Below, one piece after another: positions 1 to 10,127 of a stretch of 64,000 nucleotides of DNA (the first letter of the stretch is position 1; the number at the start of each line of letters is the position of its first letter). The notes beneath the pieces are model-generated. The model saw nothing but the letters and a program-made list of their open reading frames with translations. It did no database searches and was not told the DNA's origin. Made by a program: the position numbers and the translations under genes. The DNA lies in the NCBI GenBank assembly GCA_963724295.1, contig CAVRUC010000007.1:160001-224000 (forward strand). The letters run 5' to 3'. Source of the stretch: an uncultured Chloroflexia bacterium (GTDB lineage: Bacteria > Chloroflexota > Chloroflexia > Thermomicrobiales > UBA6265).

Positions 1-1
1 A

Positions 2-2072
<2,071 letters not shown>

Positions 2073-2182
2073 GCGATTGCCTGGGCTGGTGTCCGCGGGC
2101 CACTGGCCGTGGTGCGCGGCTTGCATGGCGCGACCGGACAACAAGGCGGAACAGATCGCAGACGAAGACGCTCGAGGAGATG

Positions 2183-3418
2183 ATGGGCAACCACGGCGAC
2201 AGCTGGATGACTGCGCAGCGAACGTATTTCACGTCGGAGTCGGTGACCGAGGGTCACCCCGACAAGGTCTGCGATCAGATCTCCGACGCGGTCCTGGATG
2301 CGGTTCTGCGCCTCGATCCCGAAGCCCACGTGGCATGCGAGACGGCGACTACGACGGGAATGATTCTCGTCTTTGGCGAAATCTCGACGACCTCGTACGT
2401 CGATATTCCGGCGGTCGTGCGCGACACCATCCAGAAGATCGGCTACACGCATTCCACCCATGGGTTCGATGCGAATACCTGCGGCGTGATTGTCGCCATC
2501 AAGGACCAGAGCCCGGAAATCCTGAGCGGCGTTGCCCGTGCGGTCGAGGTTCGCTCCGGCGAACAGATCGACCGATTCGATCGTGTCGGCGCAGGTGATC
2601 AGGGGATGATGATCGGGTTTGCCTGCAACGAGACGTCCGAGTTGATGCCGCTTCCGATCTCGCTCGCTCATGGTCTCTGTCGCCGGCTCGCTTTGGCGCG
2701 CAAGAGCGGCGAGATTCCGTGGCTTCTCCCAGATGGCAAGTCCCAGGTGACCGTGGAGTATCACCGCGGGAAGCCAGCTCGGGTCGATACCGTTGTCGTG
2801 TCAACTCAGCATCTGGCCGACGTTTCGAACGAAGAGATCGAGCGGACGATCGTGGAGTCGGTGGTTCGGCGGGTGATCCCTGATGAGCTGCTCGACGACG
2901 AGACTTTGTTCCTCATCAATCCCAGCGGTCGATTCGAGATCGGCGGGCCGATGGCCGATGCCGGGCTGACGGGACGCAAGATCATCGTCGATACGTACGG
3001 GGGTATGGCCCGCCATGGCGGGGGAGCGTTCTCGGGGAAAGACGCCACGAAGGTTGATCGATCGGCCGCCTATGCCGCGCGCCACGTCGCAAAGAATGTG
3101 GTCGCGGCGGGTCTCGCCGACCGCTTCGAAGTCCAGGTCTCGTATGCGATCGGTAAGGCCCGACCCGTCTCATTCATGATCGAGACCTTCGGCACCGGCC
3201 GGGTGCCGGACGACCTCATCCTCGAACTGATCGAGCAGCATTTCGACCTGCGACCCGCGGCGATTATCGAGTCGATGTCGCTGAAACAGCCGATCTTCCA
3301 GCAGACGGCGGCGTACGGCCACTTCGGCCGAGATGATATCGACGTGCCATGGGAGCGGACCGACAAGGCAGACGTCCTGGCACGTGCCGCGGGGATCGCT
3401 GTCGCGTCTCCAGTCTGA
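2183..3418 (+). CDS. metK: S-adenosylmethionine synthetase
   Basis: Motifs [37 protein letters not shown] before ATG 2183 (alternative start 2207). Confidence 0.97.
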   Translation: MGNHGDSWMTAQRTYFTSESVTEGHPDKVCDQISDAVLDAVLRLDPEAHVACETATTTGMILVFGEISTTSYVDIPAVVRDTIQKIGYTHSTHGFDANTCGVIVAIKDQSPEILSGVARAVEVRSGEQIDRFDRVGAGDQGMMIGFACNETSELMPLPISLAHGLCRRLALARKSGEIPWLLPDGKSQVTVEYHRGKPARVDTVVVSTQHLADVSNEEIERTIVESVVRRVIPDELLDDETLFLINPSGRFEIGGPMADAGLTGRKIIVDTYGGMARHGGGAFSGKDATKVDRSAAYAARHVAKNVVAAGLADRFEVQVSYAIGKARPVSFMIETFGTGRVPDDLILELIEQHFDLRPAAIIESMSLKQPIFQQTAAYGHFGRDDIDVPWERTDKADVLARAAGIAVASPV

Positions 3419-3465
3419 TCGAGTGCCTGCAATGTTTGCCAAGTTTGCCAACTTTACCTGCGCTC

Positions 3466-3597
3466 GCTTCGTCCCCGGCCCGCGGCTGCGGTTCGGCCGA
3501 TGAACACCACCTACCTGTGAATGCAGCCTGATTCAGAGCGGTAGGTGGAACGGGCTACCGAGTTGAATACCCGGAGCGGCACCGCGCATCCCGAGGT
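3466..3597. ncRNA. Candidate structured ncRNA with 6S-like architecture, or a large bidirectional terminator
   Basis: Nested inverted repeats 3481-3496/3571-3586 (imperfect) and CCACCTACC 3507-3515/GGTAGGTGG 3540-3548, separated by an asymmetric bubble. Confidence 0.35.
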
Positions 3598-3599
3598 CA

Positions 3600-4028
3600 T
3601 CACCTCTTGGTGATTGTGAGCAACCCGCGGTCATCGATCTCGATCAAATCCCCTGTTTCGATTCCGAGGCGATCCTGATCTGTAATGACAACCAGGGGCG
3701 GGTGAGTCGCGTAGAGCTCGTCACCCAGGATGCAGCCAAGGCTGATCACCGGGTCGAGGCGCGAGGTGATGATCGCGGCCGGAGCCGTGCCGTTGTGGAT
3801 GGACTCCAGGAGCACGCCGCTTCCGGAGCACGACCCCCGCCCTGAGGGAATGACCAGCACCCGGCCGGTGGCCAACTGCCCATCCAGTGGGTGTCGCCGG
3901 TCGATGATGACCCCGGTCTCAGGATCGAACCCTCCCCAGAAGCTCAGCGGCGCATCAGCCACAAGTGCCGCGCCACGGGCCGAACCGCTTGTCACCGGCT
4001 GACCCGTGACCACTCTTACGCGTGCCAC
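3600..4028 (-). CDS. Aconitase X swivel (small) subunit, DUF126
   Basis: Motifs LSFWGGFDPETG.IIDRRHPL and GRGSCSGS; overlaps the 3' end of the large-subunit gene. Confidence 0.88.
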   Translation of the reverse strand: MARVRVVTGQPVTSGSARGAALVADAPLSFWGGFDPETGVIIDRRHPLDGQLATGRVLVIPSGRGSCSGSGVLLESIHNGTAPAAIITSRLDPVISLGCILGDELYATHPPLVVITDQDRLGIETGDLIEIDDRGLLTITKR

Positions 4029-5296
4029 GGTCCCTCGGCTCTGACGACGTGGCCCGCGATAGCAGAGGCGACGCACTCCTCAGTCGTGGCGAAGACCGAA
4101 TCGACGCCGAGCAGACCCGGACCGTAGTGCGCGTATTTGGCCGAGTTGGTCATGAGCACCTCGGCGTCTGGCTTCACCAACGGAGCGACGACAATACAGG
4201 TATCGGCCGTGACGCGGGCGCCGAATGCCTCGAGAGTCGCGAGTTCGCCCGACCGGTGAAGAAGGTCTCTCACAGCGCGGCTGGTCGTCACGAAAACTTC
4301 GACTGATGGCGACGCTCGCGACCCCGACATCAGCCCGGCTAACACACGGCACTCCGAGAGGCTGCAGTGCGGACTGCCGAAGGCAACGACATCGAGTCGC
4401 GTGCCGGTCGCTGTCGTCAGTGTCTCGCGCGTCCGGCGCAAATCAGCCATTGAGACGCGCACTGTGCGCTGTGGTGATCGGTTGCCCAGGGCGTCGGTGA
4501 GCGTCGGAGCCTCCGGTGTAACGCCAGCGATATGAAACATCGCCACCTCGCCGGACGAGGCCGCTGCCGCGGCCATGGCCTTCAGCTGGTCGTCCGTCGG
4601 TTGGCACTCGAGGCCAGTCACGACCGGCACCTTGTCGTTCACGATCGAGCCAAGCAGATAGCCGAGCACCGGATAAAAATCGTCTCGACCCGCCAACTCG
4701 ACTGGAACCCGCTCAAGCTCGACGACGACCGTTGCCAACCGCGGTTCGTCCAGGTGAAGCCCAGCGGCTGGCGCCCGGCCGGTCAGCGCGCAGCAGATAT
4801 CGAGATAGTCGCCATAGCGATTCGTGCGCGCTCCGATCACCGAATTGGCGAACGCGACGGCATTCGACTCCGACCAGGCGATCTGTTCGCCGCAGACCGG
4901 GGCATGCTCGGTCTGATACGGAGCGCAGGTGAACGTCGGTCGCGCGCCCATCCGCAGATACGCCTTACCAAGTCGATGGGCTCTGTCGGCATAGTCCGCG
5001 TCCAGCTTCAAGTCGCGCCAGCGTTGCCGGTCCATCGACATCACGTTGAGTGATGTGGGCACGGCGACCTGACCACCGAGATCGGCCAGCCGCTCGGCAA
5101 AGGCAAGCCCCGCGGCGCCTGTAAGAATCACACCGTCGATATGGGCGCGCGTCACTGGCAGGAGCGATGCGGCCCCATAAAGCGGCGCCATGCGAGCGAG
5201 GATCCGCATGGCGAGTTGAACGGCCGGGCCGTGCGTCCCGTCCAGCATGCCTCGCTCATCTGCGTCGAGAGCAAGGTTCACCGGCCGGGTGACCAA
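4016..5296 (-). CDS. Aconitase X catalytic (large) subunit, DUF521
   Basis: Motifs FTCAPY, WSESNAV.FANSVIGARTN, GSPH, DTC, MTNSAKYAHY. Confidence 0.9.
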   Translation of the reverse strand: MVTRPVNLALDADERGMLDGTHGPAVQLAMRILARMAPLYGAASLLPVTRAHIDGVILTGAAGLAFAERLADLGGQVAVPTSLNVMSMDRQRWRDLKLDADYADRAHRLGKAYLRMGARPTFTCAPYQTEHAPVCGEQIAWSESNAVAFANSVIGARTNRYGDYLDICCALTGRAPAAGLHLDEPRLATVVVELERVPVELAGRDDFYPVLGYLLGSIVNDKVPVVTGLECQPTDDQLKAMAAAAASSGEVAMFHIAGVTPEAPTLTDALGNRSPQRTVRVSMADLRRTRETLTTATGTRLDVVAFGSPHCSLSECRVLAGLMSGSRASPSVEVFVTTSRAVRDLLHRSGELATLEAFGARVTADTCIVVAPLVKPDAEVLMTNSAKYAHYGPGLLGVDSVFATTEECVASAIAGHVVRAEGPWHA

Positions 5297-5397
5297 GTCA
5301 CGTTGGCTCTAGACACGCGGCCATTCCGTGCAGTAACCGGGCGAAGCAACCTGATTTGCGGTCCTCCGGAGAATACGCGGCAGCGTGTCAGGTGTCG

Positions 5398-5694
5398 CTA
5401 GTTAGCGATCGGCAGCGCCTCGGCCGTCACGGCAAACTCGTCACCGCTGTACCGATCTTCCTCGGACAACATTGGCGACATCATCTGCTGGATCGCCATG
5501 ACGTGGGCGCATGTCCCGAGCACGTGAGACGAGAACGCGTGGCACGAGCACCGCCAGTGACCATCCTGCAGCTGCACGCTGTGGTCGTCGTGACCGCCGT
5601 GAAACGTTGCCTGGAGGGTATTGATGCGGACACGTTCCGGTTCCCGGGCATACCGATGCGCTTTCTCGATCTTTCCAATCATGCTCGAGTTCAT
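5398..5694 (-). CDS. Small SWIM-type zinc-finger protein
   Basis: CSC-x10-CAH (CxCxnCxH) motif; GAAGGGAG RBS before ATG 5694. Confidence 0.75.
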   Translation of the reverse strand: MNSSMIGKIEKAHRYAREPERVRINTLQATFHGGHDDHSVQLQDGHWRCSCHAFSSHVLGTCAHVMAIQQMMSPMLSEEDRYSGDEFAVTAEALPIAN

Positions 5695-5784
5695 ACGTTC
5701 ACTGCTCCCTTCACCAGATAGGATCACGGTTGAACACACGTCTGTGTCGGCCGACGTCGATCGATCTCAAGGCGGTCGCGGGCC

Positions 5785-5827
5785 AAAAACAAGAACAGCA
5801 CCCCGGCGTGTTCGCCAGAGGTGCTGT
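5785..5827 (-). terminator. Intrinsic terminator in the 5' leader of the SWIM gene
   Basis: Minus strand ACAGCACCUCUGGCG-AACA-CGCCGGGGUGCUGU followed by UCUUGUUUUU. Confidence 0.75.
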
Positions 5828-5925
5828 CCGCTGCTCGTGCGGTATGTTGTCACCCGATCCATGGGCAAGACTCCAGCCGGAGTGGACCCTGGGCCAACCG
5901 CCGCGACGCGGCTGGTTACGCCAGG

Positions 5926-5931
5926 ATTATA
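5926..5931 (-). promoter_or_regulatory. -10 box (TATAAT) for the SWIM leader transcript
   Basis: Perfect TATAAT on the minus strand in GC-rich DNA; -35 box weak. Confidence 0.5.
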
Positions 5932-5992
5932 GTGGTGCGCAGCGGGTACCGCCAGTCCTGGATCCGATTATTGAGCGAGCCGTAGCAACACA

Positions 5993-6637
5993 ATGAACCA
6001 GCCTCTCAGTGCCGCCGCCCTCGCCGGGGGGCAGAGCCGGCGCATGGGTACCAATAAGGCACTGTTGCCGCTCGTGGCGGGCGGGCAGCCGATGCTTGGA
6101 TTGGTGCTGGAACGACTCTGCTCGGTCGCAGACGACATGCTCGTCGTGGCAAACGAACAAGAGCGCTACGAAACGTTCGGTGCCCGCGTCGTCCCCGATC
6201 TCCAGCCCCAGATCGGGGCACTCGGCGGCATCCAGGCCGCGGTGACCTGGTCCGTGCACGAGCATTGCCTGGTCGTGGCGTGCGACATGCCGTTCCTCAG
6301 TTTGCCCCTGTTGCGGCGAATGGTCAGCGAGCCCCGGAATTACGACGTGCTTGTTCCGTTAATTCCGGGCGAGAGCCGGCAGCGCGGAGACGGCCTGGTG
6401 TTCCAGACGCTCCACGCTATCTATAGCAAGCAGTGTCTGCCATTTATCGAGAAGCGAATTGCGGCAGGAAACAAACAGGTCGTTAGTTTTTTTGAGGACG
6501 TGCGAGTGCGCACCATCGACCTAGCGGATGTCATGCAATGGGATCCCGAATTGCGGTCGTTCTTCAATGCCAATACTCCCGAAGCACTGCTCACTGCCCA
6601 AGCCAGAGTGCAAGCGGAACATGATTGCGACCCGTGA
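5993..6637 (+). CDS. mobA: Molybdenum cofactor guanylyltransferase
   Basis: Motifs LAGGQSRRMG.NKA, GALGGI, ACDMPF, FFNANTPE. Confidence 0.88.
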   Translation: MNQPLSAAALAGGQSRRMGTNKALLPLVAGGQPMLGLVLERLCSVADDMLVVANEQERYETFGARVVPDLQPQIGALGGIQAAVTWSVHEHCLVVACDMPFLSLPLLRRMVSEPRNYDVLVPLIPGESRQRGDGLVFQTLHAIYSKQCLPFIEKRIAAGNKQVVSFFEDVRVRTIDLADVMQWDPELRSFFNANTPEALLTAQARVQAEHDCDP

Positions 6638-6698
6638 CGTTATCGAGGAGGATCGACGTTGATCCGCGAAGTCCATACAGGCGAGGGAGACCGAGACA

Positions 6699-7079
6699 AT
6701 GAACCGACGATCGACAACCGCATTTGCCGGCGCCAGCGCGCTGCTCAATCGCGGGGTGCGAGATCAGCTGAGGCTGGCCTGGCGTCTCCTGCGAGACGAA
6801 CGGGTTTCCGGGTTGAAGTTCGCGCTTCCGGCACTGATTGCACTCTACGTCCTATCGCCCATCGACTCAGTTCCGGACTTTTTCCTTGGACTGGGCCAAA
6901 TCGACGATCTCGGTGTGATCACCGCCGGAACACTGATCCTGGCACGACTGATTCCCAAGCTGGCGCCTGGGCACGTCGTCGACGAACATTTGCGGGACAT
7001 GGGAACGCGCAACCCGGCGCCCAGGCGTGGTAGGGCTACGCACGATTTCGTGGAGGCCCGATTCAACGTTCGCGGTTAG
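6699..7079 (+). CDS. DUF1232/YkvA-family membrane protein
   Basis: Motif YVLSPID.VPDF..GLGQIDD. Confidence 0.8.
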   Translation: MNRRSTTAFAGASALLNRGVRDQLRLAWRLLRDERVSGLKFALPALIALYVLSPIDSVPDFFLGLGQIDDLGVITAGTLILARLIPKLAPGHVVDEHLRDMGTRNPAPRRGRATHDFVEARFNVRG

Positions 7080-7100
7080 TGTCGAAGGTCGGGAGTTACG

Positions 7101-7418
7101 TTGAGCGAAGGTGCGTCAAGGCGGACAGCTACTTCAGGGCGGACCAGACAGCGAGGCAAAAGCGCGCCACGCGGAGGTCGCCATGGGCTCACTCGTTCTT
7201 CAGTGCCCGTTCGCGAGGAAAGCCCACTCCCCGACACCATCGTCGTCAGCGCGCCCACGCGCACCCGCCGGCGCGTGGCAACGCCGGTGGCCCATGCGGT
7301 TGAGCTGACCCGGGAACAGGAGTTTGCCTACATCCGCTCGGACATGCGCCGGTTGGTCATCATCGCCGGTGGGTTGCTCGCACTAATGCTTTTGCTGCTC
7401 CTCGCGGTCAGTCGCTGA
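7101..7418 (+). CDS. Hypothetical tail-anchored membrane protein
   Basis: GGGAG RBS before TTG start; basic N-terminus, EFAYIRSDMRR segment, C-terminal hydrophobic helix. Confidence 0.65.
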   Translation: MSEGASRRTATSGRTRQRGKSAPRGGRHGLTRSSVPVREESPLPDTIVVSAPTRTRRRVATPVAHAVELTREQEFAYIRSDMRRLVIIAGGLLALMLLLLLAVSR

Positions 7419-7440
7419 TCCCTATCTCACGTTGAGCCAA

Positions 7441-7468
7441 GCGGGCGCGGCGAAATCGCCGCGCCCGC
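7441..7468. terminator. Hairpin between convergent genes
   Basis: Perfect 12-bp stem GCGGGCGCGGCG-AAAT-CGCCGCGCCCGC. Confidence 0.7.
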
Positions 7469-7511
7469 ATTGCTTTCAACGAGGTACTTTGTGAGCGTGG
7501 GATGGGCACGC

Positions 7512-8366
7512 CTAAATCGGCGAGTCTTCCTCGTCAGCTACCTGAACGGCCTCCTCGAAGGTCTCTACCTCGCGGTCGCTCTCGGTGGAATCTTCTTCGT
7601 CGCGCTCGATCGTCAGTGGTTCAGTTTCATCTTCGTCATCTTCCTCATCGAAGAGGAAGAAATCAGCTTCATCGCGTTGCCGCAGGAGGTCCCGGTCGCG
7701 CAAGTACGCGCGTGAGGTGATCTGGCGCGGGAAGGAAACCGTCGTGGCCACGGACGGGTCGCGGTGGATCTCCCGGATGATCGTGCGCAAGGTGTGACCT
7801 GTCAATCCGAGCGCGAAAATCTCGTATCGGTTGCCGCTGGCCATCAGATCCATCACCCGGCGCGCTGTCTTGGGCTCCACTTCTCCGAGGCGGTCTCCGT
7901 TGGCCCGCCGCACAACGAGTCGGTCTGCTTCCTGGACGAGATTGAGTTCCTCGCCAGAAGAGACGTCGGCCAACAATGGCAGTTCGCCCGGATTCACGAG
8001 CTCGTCGACCCAGGTTTTGCCGACCTCCTCCAGAAAGGCACTCGTTCGGGGCATCGGACCGGGTCGCGAGACCTCTGCCGACGGGCGTCCGCCGTGGCCT
8101 CGCAGGATTTCGAGCCTCTGCAGATTGCGTCGCGCAATGAGATTCGCCGGGTCAGCTCGAAGCGCCTTGGAGTAGGCCTCCTTCGCTTCGTCCAGATTGC
8201 CCAGTGAGATGTATGCCCGGCCAAGGCGGTTGAACGCGTCGGCGTCTTTCTGAAACCGATCGATGATCTGAAGGTTCAGGGTGACAGCCTCTTCCCAATT
8301 TCCCTCGAAGGCGGCCCGGCGCGCCTCCTCGCCCAGCTGACGCCGGGTTAATTGCTTCTGAGCCAA
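7512..8366 (-). CDS. TPR protein with a HIRAN-like middle domain and an acidic tail
   Basis: TPR-like AFNRLGRAYISLGNLDEAKEAYSKAL; FLEEVGKT...LGEVEPK...GNRYE segment; D/E-rich C-terminus. Confidence 0.75.
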   Translation of the reverse strand: MAQKQLTRRQLGEEARRAAFEGNWEEAVTLNLQIIDRFQKDADAFNRLGRAYISLGNLDEAKEAYSKALRADPANLIARRNLQRLEILRGHGGRPSAEVSRPGPMPRTSAFLEEVGKTWVDELVNPGELPLLADVSSGEELNLVQEADRLVVRRANGDRLGEVEPKTARRVMDLMASGNRYEIFALGLTGHTLRTIIREIHRDPSVATTVSFPRQITSRAYLRDRDLLRQRDEADFFLFDEEDDEDETEPLTIERDEEDSTESDREVETFEEAVQVADEEDSPI

Positions 8367-8415
8367 TGTGTCTTTCCTTCCCTAGGTGCTTCCCGCCATT
8401 GACGGTGAGACTCAT

Positions 8416-9777
8416 TTATCGGGGTGCCGAAACTATCTCGCCCATCAAGAACCAAGGGCTCGTGTGAGTCACTTCGACGTCTACGAGCTTTCCATTCAAA
8501 TCGCGATCGTCGTCGAAGTGGAGCAGCGTATTGCCTCGAGTGCGCCCAGTCCACCGACCCTTGGACCGCCCTTCGACAAGCACTTCATACGTCTTGCCAA
8601 GTCTCTCGGCGTTGATCTCGGACTGGATACGCTCCTGGAGCTTCTCGAGCTCGCGATGCCGCCGGTGCTTCTCGTCAGGCGGGACATCGTCCTGCCAGCG
8701 AGCTGACAGCGTGCCCGGACGCGGCGAGTACATTGCCAGGTGGACCTTGTCGCAACGAGCCTGCTCCAGCAGATCGTACGTTTGCATAAATTGCGTTTCC
8801 GACTCCCCCGGAAACCCTACGATGATATCGGTGGCAACCGTCGCTTCAGGCATGCGCGCCCGCGTGAGCTGAATACGATCGATCCAGTAATCCCGTGTAT
8901 AGGTCCGTCTCATGCGGCGCAGGACGTCATCGTCCCCCGCCTGAACAGGCAGGTTCATGTGCTCGCAGACGGACTCCAGGCTGGCCATGGCTTCAATGAT
9001 GTCGTCGGACATGTACTTCGGATGTGACGTCAGAAACCGAAGGCGCGCGATTCCGGGAACTGCGTCGACTGCTCGCAGCAAGTCCGCAAGTCCGGGATTG
9101 TCGGGAAGGTCGTGGCCATAGGCGTTGACCGTTTGGCCGAGGAGCGTCACCTCACGAACGCCGCCCGCGGCTAACCCCTCGACTTCAGCCACGATGTCGG
9201 CCACCGGGCGACTTCGCTCCTTGCCGCGGCGATAAGGAACGATGCAGTAGGAGCACAAGAAATTGCAGCCGTAGATGATGGGAATGAACGCAGAGGTGCT
9301 TGACGTCGCGGCCGCGGGATCTGCGTAGTAGTGCGGCAGCTCACTGAGGTCGTCGCTCAATGCGGAGACTTCCGGGGCGACTTTCTCGAGCTGAGCAAAA
9401 TCGGATGGATCGAAAAAGAGATCGACGTGCGGAAACTGCTCTCGCAGCCGGTCGTGTTGATTGGTCACCATGCACCCGGTCAGGACCACCGACACGTCCG
9501 GGCGCTCTCGCTTGAGTCGGTGCAGCGAGTTGAGCTTGCCCGCTACCTTGTCTTCGGCGGCCTGGCGGACAACGCACGAATTGAGAATGACAATGTCGGC
9601 GTCTTGTTCGTTCGAGGTTGCCGTGTAGCCGGCCTCTTGCAATGTTGCGGCGATCTTCGCGCTATCAGCCTCATTCATCTGGCAGCCGATAGTCCAGACG
9701 TGGAACTGCTTGCCGTTGCGCGGCAAGGGCGCGGGTGAGGCCGCCACCCTGAGTGGGATGATTGATCGTTGCAGCAT
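8416..9777 (-). CDS. miaB: tRNA methylthiotransferase MiaB
   Basis: Motifs GCQMNEADS, NSCVVR..AEDK, radical SAM CNFLCSYC, C-terminal TRAM domain. Confidence 0.93.
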   Translation of the reverse strand: MLQRSIIPLRVAASPAPLPRNGKQFHVWTIGCQMNEADSAKIAATLQEAGYTATSNEQDADIVILNSCVVRQAAEDKVAGKLNSLHRLKRERPDVSVVLTGCMVTNQHDRLREQFPHVDLFFDPSDFAQLEKVAPEVSALSDDLSELPHYYADPAAATSSTSAFIPIIYGCNFLCSYCIVPYRRGKERSRPVADIVAEVEGLAAGGVREVTLLGQTVNAYGHDLPDNPGLADLLRAVDAVPGIARLRFLTSHPKYMSDDIIEAMASLESVCEHMNLPVQAGDDDVLRRMRRTYTRDYWIDRIQLTRARMPEATVATDIIVGFPGESETQFMQTYDLLEQARCDKVHLAMYSPRPGTLSARWQDDVPPDEKHRRHRELEKLQERIQSEINAERLGKTYEVLVEGRSKGRWTGRTRGNTLLHFDDDRDLNGKLVDVEVTHTSPWFLMGEIVSAPR

Positions 9778-9958
9778 GTGAACCGTCGGTCCTCGGGTTG
9801 TTTCTGCGCCACCGGCTGGCAGCAACGCCAACTCGCAGCAACTTCGCCTTTCGGCACGCCAATCGACCAGTATAGCAGCCGTGGCGGCGGTGCCCGAGAG
9901 CGGCCTGGCGGGAGTCGCCGCCGAGGATCTCGTACCGCGTCTCGCGGCCTGTGTCAGA

Positions 9959-9987
9959 TAGACAAAGCGTCGGGCGGTTGGTAGAAT
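9959..9987 (+). promoter_or_regulatory. Sigma70-type promoter for the 10128 ORF
   Basis: TAGACA-17 bp-TAGAAT with TG extension; a divergent TGcTATACT at about 9869-9877 (minus strand) may serve miaB. Confidence 0.55.
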
Positions 9988-10127
9988 CGGCGCCGCACCG
10001 GCGGTGAAAAGACGGCCGAGGCGCGAGAGCCATTGCGGGAGAAACTGGGGACTTCCGCCTCTGCGCTCTTGCCGCTACCCGCGGACGCCGTGCCGCTCCG
10101 ACCCGTTGGCCGCTCCTGGGGGAAGGC

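Noticed and set aside
2073..2182. Possible SAM or SAH riboswitch before metK
   Set aside because: No SAM-I/II/IV or SAH consensus visible, and no terminator
3500..3560. SRP (4.5S) RNA or tRNA
   Set aside because: Lacks the CAGG/GNRA/AGCA helix-8 signature and any cloverleaf with a TTC loop
5795..5827. CUGGCGAACA resembling the ZTP riboswitch core; possible Moco riboswitch next to mobA
   Set aside because: The remaining ZTP elements are absent and the motif is just the terminator loop; no Moco consensus, and the element points away from mobA
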